A stretch of 35,670 nucleotides of DNA from an uncultured Clostridium sp. (GTDB taxonomy: Bacteria > Bacillota > Clostridia > TANB77 > CAG-508): NCBI GenBank assembly GCA_946497905.1, contig CAMMMI010000003.1:1-35670 (forward strand), given 5' to 3'. Positions 27,097 to 35,670 of the stretch are shown piece after piece (position 1 is the first letter of the stretch; every line of letters starts with the position of its first letter). The notes below the pieces were generated by a model, which did not search any database, was not told the origin of the DNA, and saw nothing but the letters and a program-made list of their open reading frames with translations. The position numbers and the translations under genes are program-made.

Positions 27097-28521
27097 CTAA
27101 TCTATATTTTCATTAAATCCAAAAGCTTCTTGATTACTCATTTTTTCTTTTTGTATTTGTTGCATTTCTTCTAATGCTTGTTCTTCTGTTAGTCCATATC
27201 TAAACATTATGTATTTTAATTTACTTCTTAATCCTGCACTTACTTCTTGCATTTGCAATACTTGTTCTTTCTCTGTATCCATTAATATGCTATCTCCCCA
27301 TTCAAAACTTGCTTGATACATTCCGACTGGTGCTAAATTATACAAAGTAGTTAATACATCTATTGCATAAAGTAAATCTTCTAAAGCATCTTGTAAATTC
27401 TCTTGCATCCTTGATACGGCTGTAAAACTTCTTTGTTTACTAGCTTTTATCTCGGTCGCAGTTTTATCTGAATATGTAGGCTCTGATAAAGTCCCATAAG
27501 CTAACATACAGTTAAACTCTATTCTTTCTAGCACTTTATTCAACCCTCTCCAAAATGCTTCATCTCGAACTTCTGGACTATAATCGTGAAATAAGTCTTC
27601 TCCATTTGCTTTAGAAACATCTACCGCTCTAAATAGTCTATCTTTTAATTTTGGAATTTCCCATAAACTTATTCCATTTTTATGTCTTTGTCTTAGTGCT
27701 TCTGTGCTTGCATATATTGCTTTTTCCGAAGCTTCGTATTCCCACATTGTTCTACCATATTGAATATCTGCATCTTTTATTAAATTTTCTGCTCTTGCAT
27801 ATACTGCTATCCCTAAAGGTGATTTAGTATCTATATTGTTTGCCATAGGTGGCTTATAATATGCAAATAATGGTTTTTCTATATTATTTATTTCAGTTTT
27901 TTCTTGAATGTTTCTCCATTCTTCTATTTGCTTTAAAGGTATTTCATCTCCTAAGTCATCTTCATCTTTGCTTTTAAAAGCTTTATTTATAATAAAATAA
28001 TTGTTTCCTTGTAAAGTGTGATATTCTAGCCTTGTAAATATGTCTTCTCCTCTTGTTTTCTGACTAACAAAAACAGCTCCTGTTATTTTGCCTGTATCAT
28101 CATATTCAATAGGAAAAAAATATCCTTGCTGTATAAATTCAACAAAGATATTATTGTTTTTTACATATGGTTTTAATATTAAGCCTCCTCTTGCATTTCC
28201 GTGTTCAAGATTATTAGGTAATTCTTTTATTGCTAAATCATATATGTTCTTTATATATGATGCTCTTGCTCCCCCTGTTATGTTGGAATTAAACTCTGCC
28301 ATAGTTAATCTAACAAATTCATTAGCTATTGCTGATGGTAGTTCCAAACTTTTTATATCATCATTTATCCAAGGAGCTTCATTTTTATACATTTGTCCCC
28401 ATTCTTGTATTTTAATTTCCATTTCTGATGATACTGCTATATCTATATTTAAAGCATCTTCTATATTATTTTTACTAAACATTTTTCTTATCGCTCCTCT
28501 TATCCAACTAAATATATTCAT
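27097..28521 (-). CDS. Portal protein (A118/SPP1-like)
   Basis: Follows terminase; FTRLEYH, SPLGIAVY, KTATEI, WGDSI. Confidence 0.9.
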   Translation of the reverse strand: MNIFSWIRGAIRKMFSKNNIEDALNIDIAVSSEMEIKIQEWGQMYKNEAPWINDDIKSLELPSAIANEFVRLTMAEFNSNITGGARASYIKNIYDLAIKELPNNLEHGNARGGLILKPYVKNNNIFVEFIQQGYFFPIEYDDTGKITGAVFVSQKTRGEDIFTRLEYHTLQGNNYFIINKAFKSKDEDDLGDEIPLKQIEEWRNIQEKTEINNIEKPLFAYYKPPMANNIDTKSPLGIAVYARAENLIKDADIQYGRTMWEYEASEKAIYASTEALRQRHKNGISLWEIPKLKDRLFRAVDVSKANGEDLFHDYSPEVRDEAFWRGLNKVLERIEFNCMLAYGTLSEPTYSDKTATEIKASKQRSFTAVSRMQENLQDALEDLLYAIDVLTTLYNLAPVGMYQASFEWGDSILMDTEKEQVLQMQEVSAGLRSKLKYIMFRYGLTEEQALEEMQQIQKEKMSNQEAFGFNENID

Positions 28522-30119
28522 TATTGTCCCTTTCTTCTCCAAATTTCTTCAAGTGCATATCTTACAGCATCTATATGATGATTATTTTTATCTGGATAAC
28601 CTGTTACTACATTTCCATCTTTGTCTTTTTCTAGTTCATAGCTTTCAAATTCTTCTCTTGTCTTTGGACATCTAACTGGATCTATAACTATTTTATTTAA
28701 AGTAGATAACCATTTCATACTGTACTCAACACTCCCTGGTCCTTTTATTGCTCCTCTTATATATGCTCCATAAGATTTGTAATCTTCTATAGATTTTCTT
28801 TCTGCTGAATCTGCTGTTATGTAATCATCCTCTGTAACACCTTTTTCTTTCAATGCTTCCCAACTTGCTTTATTACTCATTTTATTAGCGTGAAATTCAT
28901 CAAATATATATAGTGTTCTTCTAGCCATATCAAAATACATATCATTATATGCAAATGGATCAGGATACCAGCCCCAATCAATTCCTTTATATAACCTATC
29001 AAAATATGATATTTCTTCGTCTGTTATTTCTCTTATTTCCAAGTTTTCAAATACATTTGTTCCGTCTCCTGTTTCTAGTCCTAAATATTCATTTTCATAT
29101 ATTTTCGGATTAGTTTCTTTTATATATTCTGCTTCATCAATAAAAGCCTGCCCTAACCATTCTTTAGGAGCAGACCTGTAATCTGACAAATGTACTAATC
29201 TATTCTTTTTAGGTATTCTTTTTTCTTTATTTACAAAATGTTGTTTACTTGGTGGTGTATTATATACGTATAATTGTATAAAATCTTCTCCACCTCTTAC
29301 TATTGATTGATTTATTTTTCTTACTGTTGCCATTCCTTGTATTTGGTCAAATTCTTCATATAAAACTATACCAATATACATTCCTTTTGGTGGTTTAATT
29401 GATTTTATCTTTCCTGCATCATCAGTTCCTCTAAAATATATCTTTTGTCCAGTAGGGATTTTTGTTACTTCCATTGGGCTTACTTTAAATTCATAATTGT
29501 CTTGTAATCCTACAAATGTTTCAGAAAATTGCGATATTGTCCACTCAGTTTGAGCATAAACACTATCTCTAAGAGTGTTAGTGTATCTTCTTATGATAAT
29601 TGCACACATTTTAGGGTTGTTTTCTAGTAAATCTATTAAAACTTCATTTGCGAAAGTTGATTTTATGCTTCCTCTTCCACCTTCTAACCAATATTCCAAA
29701 TGCTCTCTATTTAATATATCTCTATAAACACCTATGAAGGCAGGAGGTATATCTTTAGCAGGTATTGATACTTTATAGTGCTCAAGTTCTTCTTTTTCTT
29801 CTTCGGCTCCTATATATTCTCCAGATGTATCTCTTACAAATTTTGCACTATCTAGATTTCCAGCTAATGCTTTTTTTACTTGATTTATTAGTATTCCTGT
29901 TTGTAATGTTAAGTCCTCATCTTCTAATCCTAATTGTTTTAATTCTTCTTTTCCTTCACAATCAGGCATATCTAAGCTTAAAAGCATTTTCATTGTTTCT
30001 TTCATTGCCTTTTTTTGTCTTCTTGTTTCTCCTGACTTTTGACCACCTTTTTTTCCTTTTTCTCTCGCTTCGTTCTCGCTTCGTTTATTAAAAGGTATTA
30101 AATTTTGCTCATTAGCCAT
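28521..30119 (-). CDS. terL: Terminase large subunit (PBSX-like) with N-terminal small-subunit-like extension
   Basis: Walker A GGRGSIKS, Walker B VLYEE, NTP coupling motif, nuclease GIDWG and NHHIDAVRY. Confidence 0.92.
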   Translation of the reverse strand: MANEQNLIPFNKRSENEAREKGKKGGQKSGETRRQKKAMKETMKMLLSLDMPDCEGKEELKQLGLEDEDLTLQTGILINQVKKALAGNLDSAKFVRDTSGEYIGAEEEKEELEHYKVSIPAKDIPPAFIGVYRDILNREHLEYWLEGGRGSIKSTFANEVLIDLLENNPKMCAIIIRRYTNTLRDSVYAQTEWTISQFSETFVGLQDNYEFKVSPMEVTKIPTGQKIYFRGTDDAGKIKSIKPPKGMYIGIVLYEEFDQIQGMATVRKINQSIVRGGEDFIQLYVYNTPPSKQHFVNKEKRIPKKNRLVHLSDYRSAPKEWLGQAFIDEAEYIKETNPKIYENEYLGLETGDGTNVFENLEIREITDEEISYFDRLYKGIDWGWYPDPFAYNDMYFDMARRTLYIFDEFHANKMSNKASWEALKEKGVTEDDYITADSAERKSIEDYKSYGAYIRGAIKGPGSVEYSMKWLSTLNKIVIDPVRCPKTREEFESYELEKDKDGNVVTGYPDKNNHHIDAVRYALEEIWRRKGQ

Positions 30120-30129
30120 CAACCTCCAC

Positions 30130-30270
30130 CTACTTTTTTTGCTCCTGTTCTAGTATTTTCTTGATAAACAGATATATTATATAAATAGCTAAAATCGCTA
30201 ATACTATTGCAATTGCTCCTAAAATAATAATTCCTATAACACCTAAAATATTTAATAGAATTTCTAACAT
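30130..30270 (-). CDS. 46-aa membrane peptide
   Basis: MLEILLNILGVIGIIILGAIAIVLAILAIYIIYLFIKKILEQEQKK, coupled to neighbouring ORFs. Confidence 0.55.
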   Translation of the reverse strand: MLEILLNILGVIGIIILGAIAIVLAILAIYIIYLFIKKILEQEQKK

Positions 30271-30419
30271 TCTTCTCTATTCCTTTCATAAAACATGCAC
30301 TTAGTTTGCACAATATTATTTATAATTGATATTCTAATATCACATAAATCGCTTTTTCTGTTCTTGCAGTTCTTGCAATGTTCTTTTATATATTTTTCAT
30401 ATCTTTCTTGATTTGTCAT
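30264..30419 (-). CDS. 51-aa Cys-rich protein
   Basis: MTNQERYEKYIKEHCKNCKN...LCDIRI...TKC; SD GAGGTG. Confidence 0.55.
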   Translation of the reverse strand: MTNQERYEKYIKEHCKNCKNRKSDLCDIRISIINNIVQTKCMFYERNREEC

Positions 30420-30434
30420 ATGTTACACCTCTTT

Positions 30435-30509
30435 TGGAGCTTTCTGTAAGACTCGAACTTACTATTGTAGTTTACAAGACTACTGTTTTACCTGTTAAAC
30501 TAAGAAAGC
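30435..30509 (-). tRNA. tRNA-Thr(UGU), CCA encoded
   Basis: Acceptor GCTTTCT/AGAAAGC-T-CCA, D stem GTTT/AAAC, anticodon arm GTAGT-CT TGT AA-ACTAC, T arm GTAAG-TTCGAGT-CTTAC. Confidence 0.9.
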
Positions 30510-30674
30510 GTATTAAAAAGAGTAAACATTGAATCAACGTCTACTCTTCTTTTATATATTTAAATTAAATAAAGATTAAGGGGATTAACCTTTTTCATTT
30601 TATTTACAACTTTGGATTTTGTATTTTTCAGATACAATTGCTATTATAATTAAAACATATATTTAAGGGAGTTT

Positions 30675-31103
30675 TCAGTAACTTTTGGGGAAAATTATTT
30701 TTTTGCATTCTTCATCAAACTTATTTAATGCAATTTTATTTGTTTTTTTAGTATATTCATAATTATAATGCATTTCGCTTGCAACTCTTACTAACTTTTT
30801 CCCTTGTATATAATATTTAAATAATATATTTCTATATGGAAATTCCATTTTATTTATTATTTCAACTATTTTCTTTTGTTTTTCTTGTTCTTCTAGTACT
30901 TTATTCATTAATTCATTAAAACAATCCATCAATTCTGACAACTTTTCTGCTTCGTTGTCATATGTAACTTTAGTACTTTTGGGCATATCTGATAAAGTGC
31001 TATTTAATCTATTTATTGTTTCTTTTTGTGCTTCTATGTAATTCATTTGGTCTTTTATCCATATTTGATTATATTTGTAATTTTTAAGGTCTTCTCTATT
31101 CAT
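30675..31103 (-). CDS. ArpU/RinA-like late-gene regulator
   Basis: Last early gene before the packaging module; LSDMPK, YRNILFKYYI, VASEMHY. Confidence 0.7.
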   Translation of the reverse strand: MNREDLKNYKYNQIWIKDQMNYIEAQKETINRLNSTLSDMPKSTKVTYDNEAEKLSELMDCFNELMNKVLEEQEKQKKIVEIINKMEFPYRNILFKYYIQGKKLVRVASEMHYNYEYTKKTNKIALNKFDEECKKIIFPKSY

Positions 31104-31296
31104 TTGTACCTCCATTTCTTTTACTTTTCAATTTATTAACAACTTTTTCTAAATGCTTATTTTCTGATGATAATTCTACAACTAGTCTTTTTAGACCTGC
31201 ATTTTCTGTTTCTAACAATTCTATTTGCTTTTCTCTTTCATGTATCATTAATAATATTAGTATATCTTCTTTATCTTGTGTTTCTTTTAATTGCAT
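31096..31296 (-). CDS. Hypothetical coiled-coil phage protein
   Basis: Closely packed ORF; start reset to ATG 31296. Confidence 0.55.
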   Translation of the reverse strand: MQLKETQDKEDILILLMIHEREKQIELLETENAGLKRLVVELSSENKHLEKVVNKLKSKRNGGTNE

Positions 31297-31300
31297 AGTA

Positions 31301-31471
31301 TCACTTACTTTCTTTAACAAATTTCGCAAACTCTTTTAAATCAGTATTATCAAATCTTTGTTGTTGCTCTGATTTTATTCTTTCATTTGCACAACTACAT
31401 ATTAAATTATTTTTAAAAGCATTATCACAATGCATTTTATAGTTGCAGTTATTACAAATATGTAATCCCAT
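31301..31471 (-). CDS. 56-aa Cys-rich hypothetical protein
   Basis: MGLHICNNCNYKMHCDNAFKNNLICSCANE...; fills the gap between neighbours. Confidence 0.5.
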   Translation of the reverse strand: MGLHICNNCNYKMHCDNAFKNNLICSCANERIKSEQQQRFDNTDLKEFAKFVKESK

Positions 31472-31474
31472 AAC

Positions 31475-31861
31475 TTACTTCTCCTCTCTTTCTTTATTTA
31501 ATTTGTTTACTGCTCGTACTAGTTCATTAATCTTGTTATGTATATCTATTGCACTTGCAGGTTTTAGCTCTGTATATTCTCTTCCATCGCAACCTTTAGT
31601 TTCTTGTGTAAGCATTCCTAATTCTTCTATTTCTCTAATTTTTTCTATTGTTACTGCTTCTATATTGTCTTGAAATAATAATGCTTCGTCATTTAAGCAC
31701 TTTTCTAATTTATAATCTCGTCCGATTTCTCTATTTGTATTATTATTTATTATCTTTTCTTCATCTTTAATATAAGTATAAACTTTATCTTCATATACAA
31801 ATTTAAACCCATCTTCTAATGTTCCATTTGCCATTTTATTTAATATATCTATTATTTTCAT
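31475..31861 (-). CDS. Hypothetical phage protein
   Basis: MKIIDILNKMANG...KINELVRAVNKL; SD present. Confidence 0.65.
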   Translation of the reverse strand: MKIIDILNKMANGTLEDGFKFVYEDKVYTYIKDEEKIINNNTNREIGRDYKLEKCLNDEALLFQDNIEAVTIEKIREIEELGMLTQETKGCDGREYTELKPASAIDIHNKINELVRAVNKLNKEREEK

Positions 31862-31882
31862 CTTTCTACCTTCTTCCTTTTT

Positions 31883-32095
31883 TTATTTTAAAATAAGTTT
31901 TATTGTAGCATACTCATTCCAGCATTCATCTCTTCCAAAATCTTCTAAGTAAGCATAAACATGTTTATGTCCGTTAATATTATTATTTTTATTTATTTCA
32001 AGTAAGCATTTTAAAAAGTCTGTTTTATGTTCATCTTTATTATTCCAGTATTCAATTGCTTCTTCTAACATTTTTTCAATTTCTGCTATAGTCAT
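31883..32095 (-). CDS. Hypothetical phage protein
   Basis: ORF in packed minus-strand array. Confidence 0.55.
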   Translation of the reverse strand: MTIAEIEKMLEEAIEYWNNKDEHKTDFLKCLLEINKNNNINGHKHVYAYLEDFGRDECWNEYATIKLILK

Positions 32096-32104
32096 TATTC
32101 TTTT

Positions 32105-32323
32105 CTACCTTCTTTCCAATTCTTTTATTTTTTTGTTAATAGGGTTTATAATTCCATATACAATCGTATTTTCATATATTTTTTTCCATATTTTTTCTCT
32201 TTTCCAAAATGATTCCTGTTCTATCTTTTCTATAACTTCTAAACAATATATAGCTGTATTCATGCTCCAGCAACCATTACAAATTCTATCGCTACACCAA
32301 TTATAAAATTCTTTATATTTCAT
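32105..32323 (-). CDS. Hypothetical phage protein
   Basis: MKYKEFYNWCSDRICNGCW; overlapping stop/start. Confidence 0.65.
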   Translation of the reverse strand: MKYKEFYNWCSDRICNGCWSMNTAIYCLEVIEKIEQESFWKREKIWKKIYENTIVYGIINPINKKIKELERR

Positions 32324-32541
32324 TGTTTCTTTTCTCCTTCTATAACATTTAATAATTTTTGTGGAAATATTTCTAATATAGTCTCTTCATTTGCTGTCAT
32401 TTGTTTTCTACATTCTTCTGTTACTTTATCTAATATAGATTCTAAAAATTCTACTTTTTGATAAAGTAAATTTATTGTGACTGTATCATCTTCTGTTGTT
32501 TCTAGTTTCCTGTTTATATTTTCTATTTCTTCTTTATTCAT
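32320..32541 (-). CDS. Hypothetical phage protein
   Basis: SD AAGGAGG; packed array. Confidence 0.6.
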   Translation of the reverse strand: MNKEEIENINRKLETTEDDTVTINLLYQKVEFLESILDKVTEECRKQMTANEETILEIFPQKLLNVIEGEKKQ

Positions 32542-32554
32542 TAGTTATTCCTCC

Positions 32555-33001
32555 TTACCTTAATACTGGTATTCCACAAGTATTGATATCTTTTTTCTTT
32601 AAGCCTTCTCTATCTAATTTAAAATAACTCATATTTTCTCCAAGTGGTCTTGGTTCTGGTAACCATATATCATTTTGCCAATTTATATGTTTTGCCATTC
32701 CTCCACATTTACATCTTATAATAAATGGGCACGGCATTATTTTGTCTTTTCCTTCTACACCTACTTCAAGCCACATTTTCCAAGTCTTGCCACATTCTTC
32801 GCATTCATAAGTCATTGCACCATGTACTAAAGTATTTCCCATCTCTTCCTCTACTTTTATTAGAGTTTTTATTTTCTCTTCATTATTTAATCTTTCTTCT
32901 TGCACTTTTTCTTCTCTCTGTTTTTGTAATTCTTTTATATTAACAATATCTATTCTGTTTCTTCTTCTTTCCTTTGCTCTTTTATTTCTTGCATAACTCA
33001 T
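32555..33001 (-). CDS. Hypothetical Zn-binding phage protein
   Basis: YECEECG, CPF and CKCGG motifs; start at MSYARN after SD AAGGAG. Confidence 0.6.
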   Translation of the reverse strand: MSYARNKRAKERRRNRIDIVNIKELQKQREEKVQEERLNNEEKIKTLIKVEEEMGNTLVHGAMTYECEECGKTWKMWLEVGVEGKDKIMPCPFIIRCKCGGMAKHINWQNDIWLPEPRPLGENMSYFKLDREGLKKKDINTCGIPVLR

Positions 33002-33003
33002 CT

Positions 33004-33186
33004 TTATTCTCCTTTCTCTAAACACTCTGGGCATTTATCAAACCATTCCCCATTTATGTTTTTACTTTTCCAGTTGTTTGCTTTTTTATAATCTACTGCC
33101 TCTTGAAAATCCATGAAGTCATCTATACTATTGCTACAAAAATCACATTGCAATTCATATTTATTTCCATATCTTTCTATACTCAT
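33004..33186 (-). CDS. Small Zn-finger phage protein
   Basis: CDFC...CPEC. Confidence 0.65.
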   Translation of the reverse strand: MSIERYGNKYELQCDFCSNSIDDFMDFQEAVDYKKANNWKSKNINGEWFDKCPECLEKGE

Positions 33187-33404
33187 CTTTCTTCCTCTAC
33201 TTTCTCGACTGAATTTTCAATTGTTTTTTCATAATTTGAACAATAAAACATATCTTCAACTTGCTCCATAGCTTCTCTGTAACCTTCATGATATTGTTCA
33301 ATTTTTATTTTTTCTATTTTTTCTTTTTGCATATCATTGTTCTTTAACCAATTTATTTGTTTTAAGAATTTATCTGTATCTATATTTTCAGCTTTATAAA
33401 TCAT
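33183..33404 (-). CDS. Hypothetical phage protein
   Basis: Packed array with SD. Confidence 0.6.
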   Translation of the reverse strand: MIYKAENIDTDKFLKQINWLKNNDMQKEKIEKIKIEQYHEGYREAMEQVEDMFYCSNYEKTIENSVEKVEEER

Positions 33405-33431
33405 CTTTCACTTTCCTTTCAAAATATTGTT

Positions 33432-33680
33432 TTATTGAAAATATCTCTCACTATGTTCTACTCTGTGTTTGTAACTATTGTATATTTCTTGTTTTCCAAA
33501 TCCTTTTGTATCTAAATCATCTAACATATAATTTATTATTTGGCTAAGTTTATCTATCATCTTATCTTTCTTTTCTATCTCTTTATCTTTTTCTTTTAGC
33601 ATATCTTGTAATTCTTTTATAAATAGTATTAATTCACTTTTAGTTTTGTTTTCTAAAGTTACACTATATTCAGCTATCAT
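33432..33680 (-). CDS. Hypothetical coiled-coil phage protein
   Basis: SD GAGGAG before MIAEYS. Confidence 0.55.
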   Translation of the reverse strand: MIAEYSVTLENKTKSELILFIKELQDMLKEKDKEIEKKDKMIDKLSQIINYMLDDLDTKGFGKQEIYNSYKHRVEHSERYFQ

Positions 33681-33691
33681 TATATCTCCTC

Positions 33692-33982
33692 TTAATCTAA
33701 CCAATATTGTTTTATAAATTTAAGAGTATGTGGTTTAAAATGCCACCACTTGTCTTTACAATATATCTTTGCAAATATATAACCAATAATTTCATTTTTA
33801 ATTGCATATATACTATTCATTGAGCAACCTATTTTTTGACCATTTAATACTAGTGTTTCTGTTTGTCCTTCTTCTTTCACTATGTAGTCATATTCTATGT
33901 TAAAAGCTTCACAAATGGGTTTTATTGCTTTTAACACTTCAACTCTTTTATCCTTTAATATTTTCATTCCTTCTTTTGTCAT
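33692..33982 (-). CDS. Hypothetical phage protein
   Basis: Packed array. Confidence 0.6.
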   Translation of the reverse strand: MTKEGMKILKDKRVEVLKAIKPICEAFNIEYDYIVKEEGQTETLVLNGQKIGCSMNSIYAIKNEIIGYIFAKIYCKDKWWHFKPHTLKFIKQYWLD

Positions 33983-33984
33983 TG

Positions 33985-34218
33985 CTAAATCACTTCCTCT
34001 ATTCTATTTAATAATTTTATCCATTGTTTTTTATCAACTTCCATTCCATAACTTTTTGCTTGTTTTATATCATCTCTTATAACACTTAAACACTCATCTG
34101 ATAATTTATCTTCCTCAATTTCTTTTAGTATATAATTAACTGTTAAACTTACTATATAAGTCATTCTTCCTAGTGCATATCTTTCTGCACTTATTATCAT
34201 ATGTTCATAATTACTCAT
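33985..34218 (-). CDS. Hypothetical phage protein
   Basis: SD GGAGG before MSNYEHMIISAERYALGRMTY. Confidence 0.65.
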   Translation of the reverse strand: MSNYEHMIISAERYALGRMTYIVSLTVNYILKEIEEDKLSDECLSVIRDDIKQAKSYGMEVDKKQWIKLLNRIEEVI

Positions 34219-34394
34219 TGCTTGTCCTCCTTCTTTAATTTTCTTCTGTTTTTGTAGTAACACTTCTTGCAACAATATTCTTGTTTTCTAAATGTAATTT
34301 CAAATTCTTTATTACATACAGGACATCTTCTTATTTGATTTTTATTATATTTCTCTATATTTTCTAATGTTATTTTACTTATATCAATTACCAT
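34215..34394 (-). CDS. 59-aa Zn-finger protein
   Basis: RRCPVCNKEFEITFRKQEYCCKKC; overlaps both neighbours. Confidence 0.6.
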   Translation of the reverse strand: MVIDISKITLENIEKYNKNQIRRCPVCNKEFEITFRKQEYCCKKCYYKNRRKLKKEDKQ

Positions 34395-34674
34395 TTTTTC
34401 TCATCTCTATATAATCGCAAATAATCATATTGTTTTTTGCCATTTCAACTACTATTTCTAAAGCTGTTCTGACATCTCTATGTCTACAATTTGGTCTTTT
34501 GTGTATTCGAGGGTCATCTTCTTTCCATTTAATGATATCAACCATTACTGGACTTAAAAATATCATTTGTATACCTTTTGCAACACATAAGTAATAACAT
34601 TTATCATAAGGTTTCTTACATCTTTTAAATCCTGCTTTTTCAAACTCTTTAATATCTACTATTGGTATTAACAT
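34384..34674 (-). CDS. Hypothetical phage protein
   Basis: EFEKAGFKRCKKPY...YYLCVA. Confidence 0.65.
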   Translation of the reverse strand: MLIPIVDIKEFEKAGFKRCKKPYDKCYYLCVAKGIQMIFLSPVMVDIIKWKEDDPRIHKRPNCRHRDVRTALEIVVEMAKNNMIICDYIEMRKNGN

Positions 34675-34675
34675 A

Positions 34676-35128
34676 CTATTTATCCTCCAACAATTCTTCT
34701 AAAACTTTATTTTGTGCTTTTGCATTTCTCCACTCATCTGATAATACATATATATCAGGATGTCTGTTTTGCATATTTATCATGATTATGTTATTTTCTT
34801 CTATCTTTTCTTTTGCTTTTTGTTTTGGTAGATATAATTCACTTAAATATTTCGCTAACCATATATTTTCATGTAGATATCCGTTCATTTTTGTATTTTT
34901 AATTTCTTTGTTTTCTTCTTCTAATTCTTGTATTCTTTCTGTTTTTGGGCAATATTCTTCGCACATTGTCTTTTTTTCTTCTTCTAGCTCTTTTATTCTT
35001 GCTGTTAAACAATCTGCAAATTCGAAGAAAAAATCTTTATTTATGCTCTCTATTATAAAAGATTGTGCTTTTATTTCTTCGTATGCCTTTATAAAATTTT
35101 CTATTCTGCCTTTTTCTATATTACTCAT
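34676..35128 (-). CDS. Hypothetical coiled-coil phage protein
   Basis: Packed array; RIKELEEE repeats. Confidence 0.6.
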   Translation of the reverse strand: MSNIEKGRIENFIKAYEEIKAQSFIIESINKDFFFEFADCLTARIKELEEEKKTMCEEYCPKTERIQELEEENKEIKNTKMNGYLHENIWLAKYLSELYLPKQKAKEKIEENNIIMINMQNRHPDIYVLSDEWRNAKAQNKVLEELLEDK

Positions 35129-35361
35129 TTTCTCACCTTCATTCTGTCTTCTATTGTTAAATTATTAAATATAATCTCGTAATCCAATAACTGCAAATGC
35201 TGTTTATCTATTATTTCTTTTGCATTATCTAACTCTATTTGCAAGTTTATTATTTTATCTTCTTGTTCTAATAACTCTTCTGTTTTATGCTTTAAGTTTG
35301 CAAATAGAATTGCTATTAATATAAACATAATTAATATTACTAATGTATTGTATCTGTTCAT
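35125..35361 (-). CDS. Hypothetical membrane-anchored protein
   Basis: N-terminal TM helix plus coiled coil; SD AGGAGG. Confidence 0.6.
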   Translation of the reverse strand: MNRYNTLVILIMFILIAILFANLKHKTEELLEQEDKIINLQIELDNAKEIIDKQHLQLLDYEIIFNNLTIEDRMKVRK

Positions 35362-35372
35362 TTGTGTACCTC

Positions 35373-35670
35373 CTACTTTATAATTCTTAATTCTAAATCT
35401 GGATATTTCTTCTCAAATAGTTTGTGTTTTAACTTAAATACATCTGTCTGTAATCCTTTTACATCTTCTACTATTGTTTTTCCGTTTTCTATGTATTTAA
35501 AGTCTGCTATGTACTCTATCTTTCTATATTTTTTATCGTTTTTCTTAAAACTTTCTTGCAATAGAAAATGTGGTTGTAGTTCTAAGTTTTGTATTTGTCC
35601 TGCTCTCGATAATATTTTTAATTCTTTATATCTTTTACTTTCTTGTATGCTATCAAATATGTAATCATCT
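35373..35670 (-). CDS. DUF1064-family PD-(D/E)xK nuclease-like protein (5' end off-window)
   Basis: FDSIQE...LELQPHFLLQ...YIADFKY...VEDVKG...FKLKHKLF. Confidence 0.8.
   Translation of the reverse strand, partial: DDYIFDSIQESKRYKELKILSRAGQIQNLELQPHFLLQESFKKNDKKYRKIEYIADFKYIENGKTIVEDVKGLQTDVFKLKHKLFEKKYPDLELRIIK

Larger units (their letters stand above)
8262..35670 (-). mobile_element. Siphovirus-type prophage (late and accessory modules; integrase and replication genes off-window to the right)
   Basis: Colinear terminase-portal-head-tail-lysis genes. Left boundary inferred from the switch to host genes. Confidence 0.93.

Noticed and set aside
30119-30313. 64-aa ORF in the track upstream of terminase
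   Set aside because: Two better ORFs in other frames (30130-30270 and 30264-30419) tile the region.
30435-30509. Phage tRNA as the quadruplet/frameshift suppressor
   Set aside because: Normal 7-nt anticodon loop with UGU (Thr); it cannot read CGGN.
373-35664. Plus-strand ORFs in the track antisense to real genes (e.g. 882-1154, 5886-6227, 8611-8922, 12913-13302, 28088-28675, 34662-35168)
   Set aside because: Phe/Leu/Ser-rich shadows of minus-strand genes with no SD or motifs.

Overview
Very AT-rich Firmicute (Clostridia-like) window with three parts. (1) 1-~4485: a large-serine-recombinase element with a cargo operon of nucleotide/phosphate-handling enzymes, apparently inserted into a pdaB-like polysaccharide deacetylase gene. 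(2) ~4486-8260: host genes (M15 carboxypeptidase, ECF sigma/anti-sigma pair, DUF4190-like protein) and a second apparently truncated gene. (3) ~8262-35670: the late half of a siphovirus-type prophage on the minus strand (small early genes, ArpU/RinA-like regulator, tRNA-Thr, terminase, portal, head, tail, lysis, then morons including hicAB, a degenerate ImmA-like peptidase and an XRE regulator). The main signal is a recoding pattern. Five unrelated genes (recombinase, XRE regulator, HicA, tape measure, minor capsid) are each broken at an in-frame CGG codon, and each is restored by skipping that one C (CGG-N read as one Gly). A hand scan found no in-frame CGG in any intact gene. This suggests CGG acts as a +1 frameshift or quadruplet codon in this lineage, unless it is a systematic sequencing error. 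All analysis was by hand and no database searches were run.
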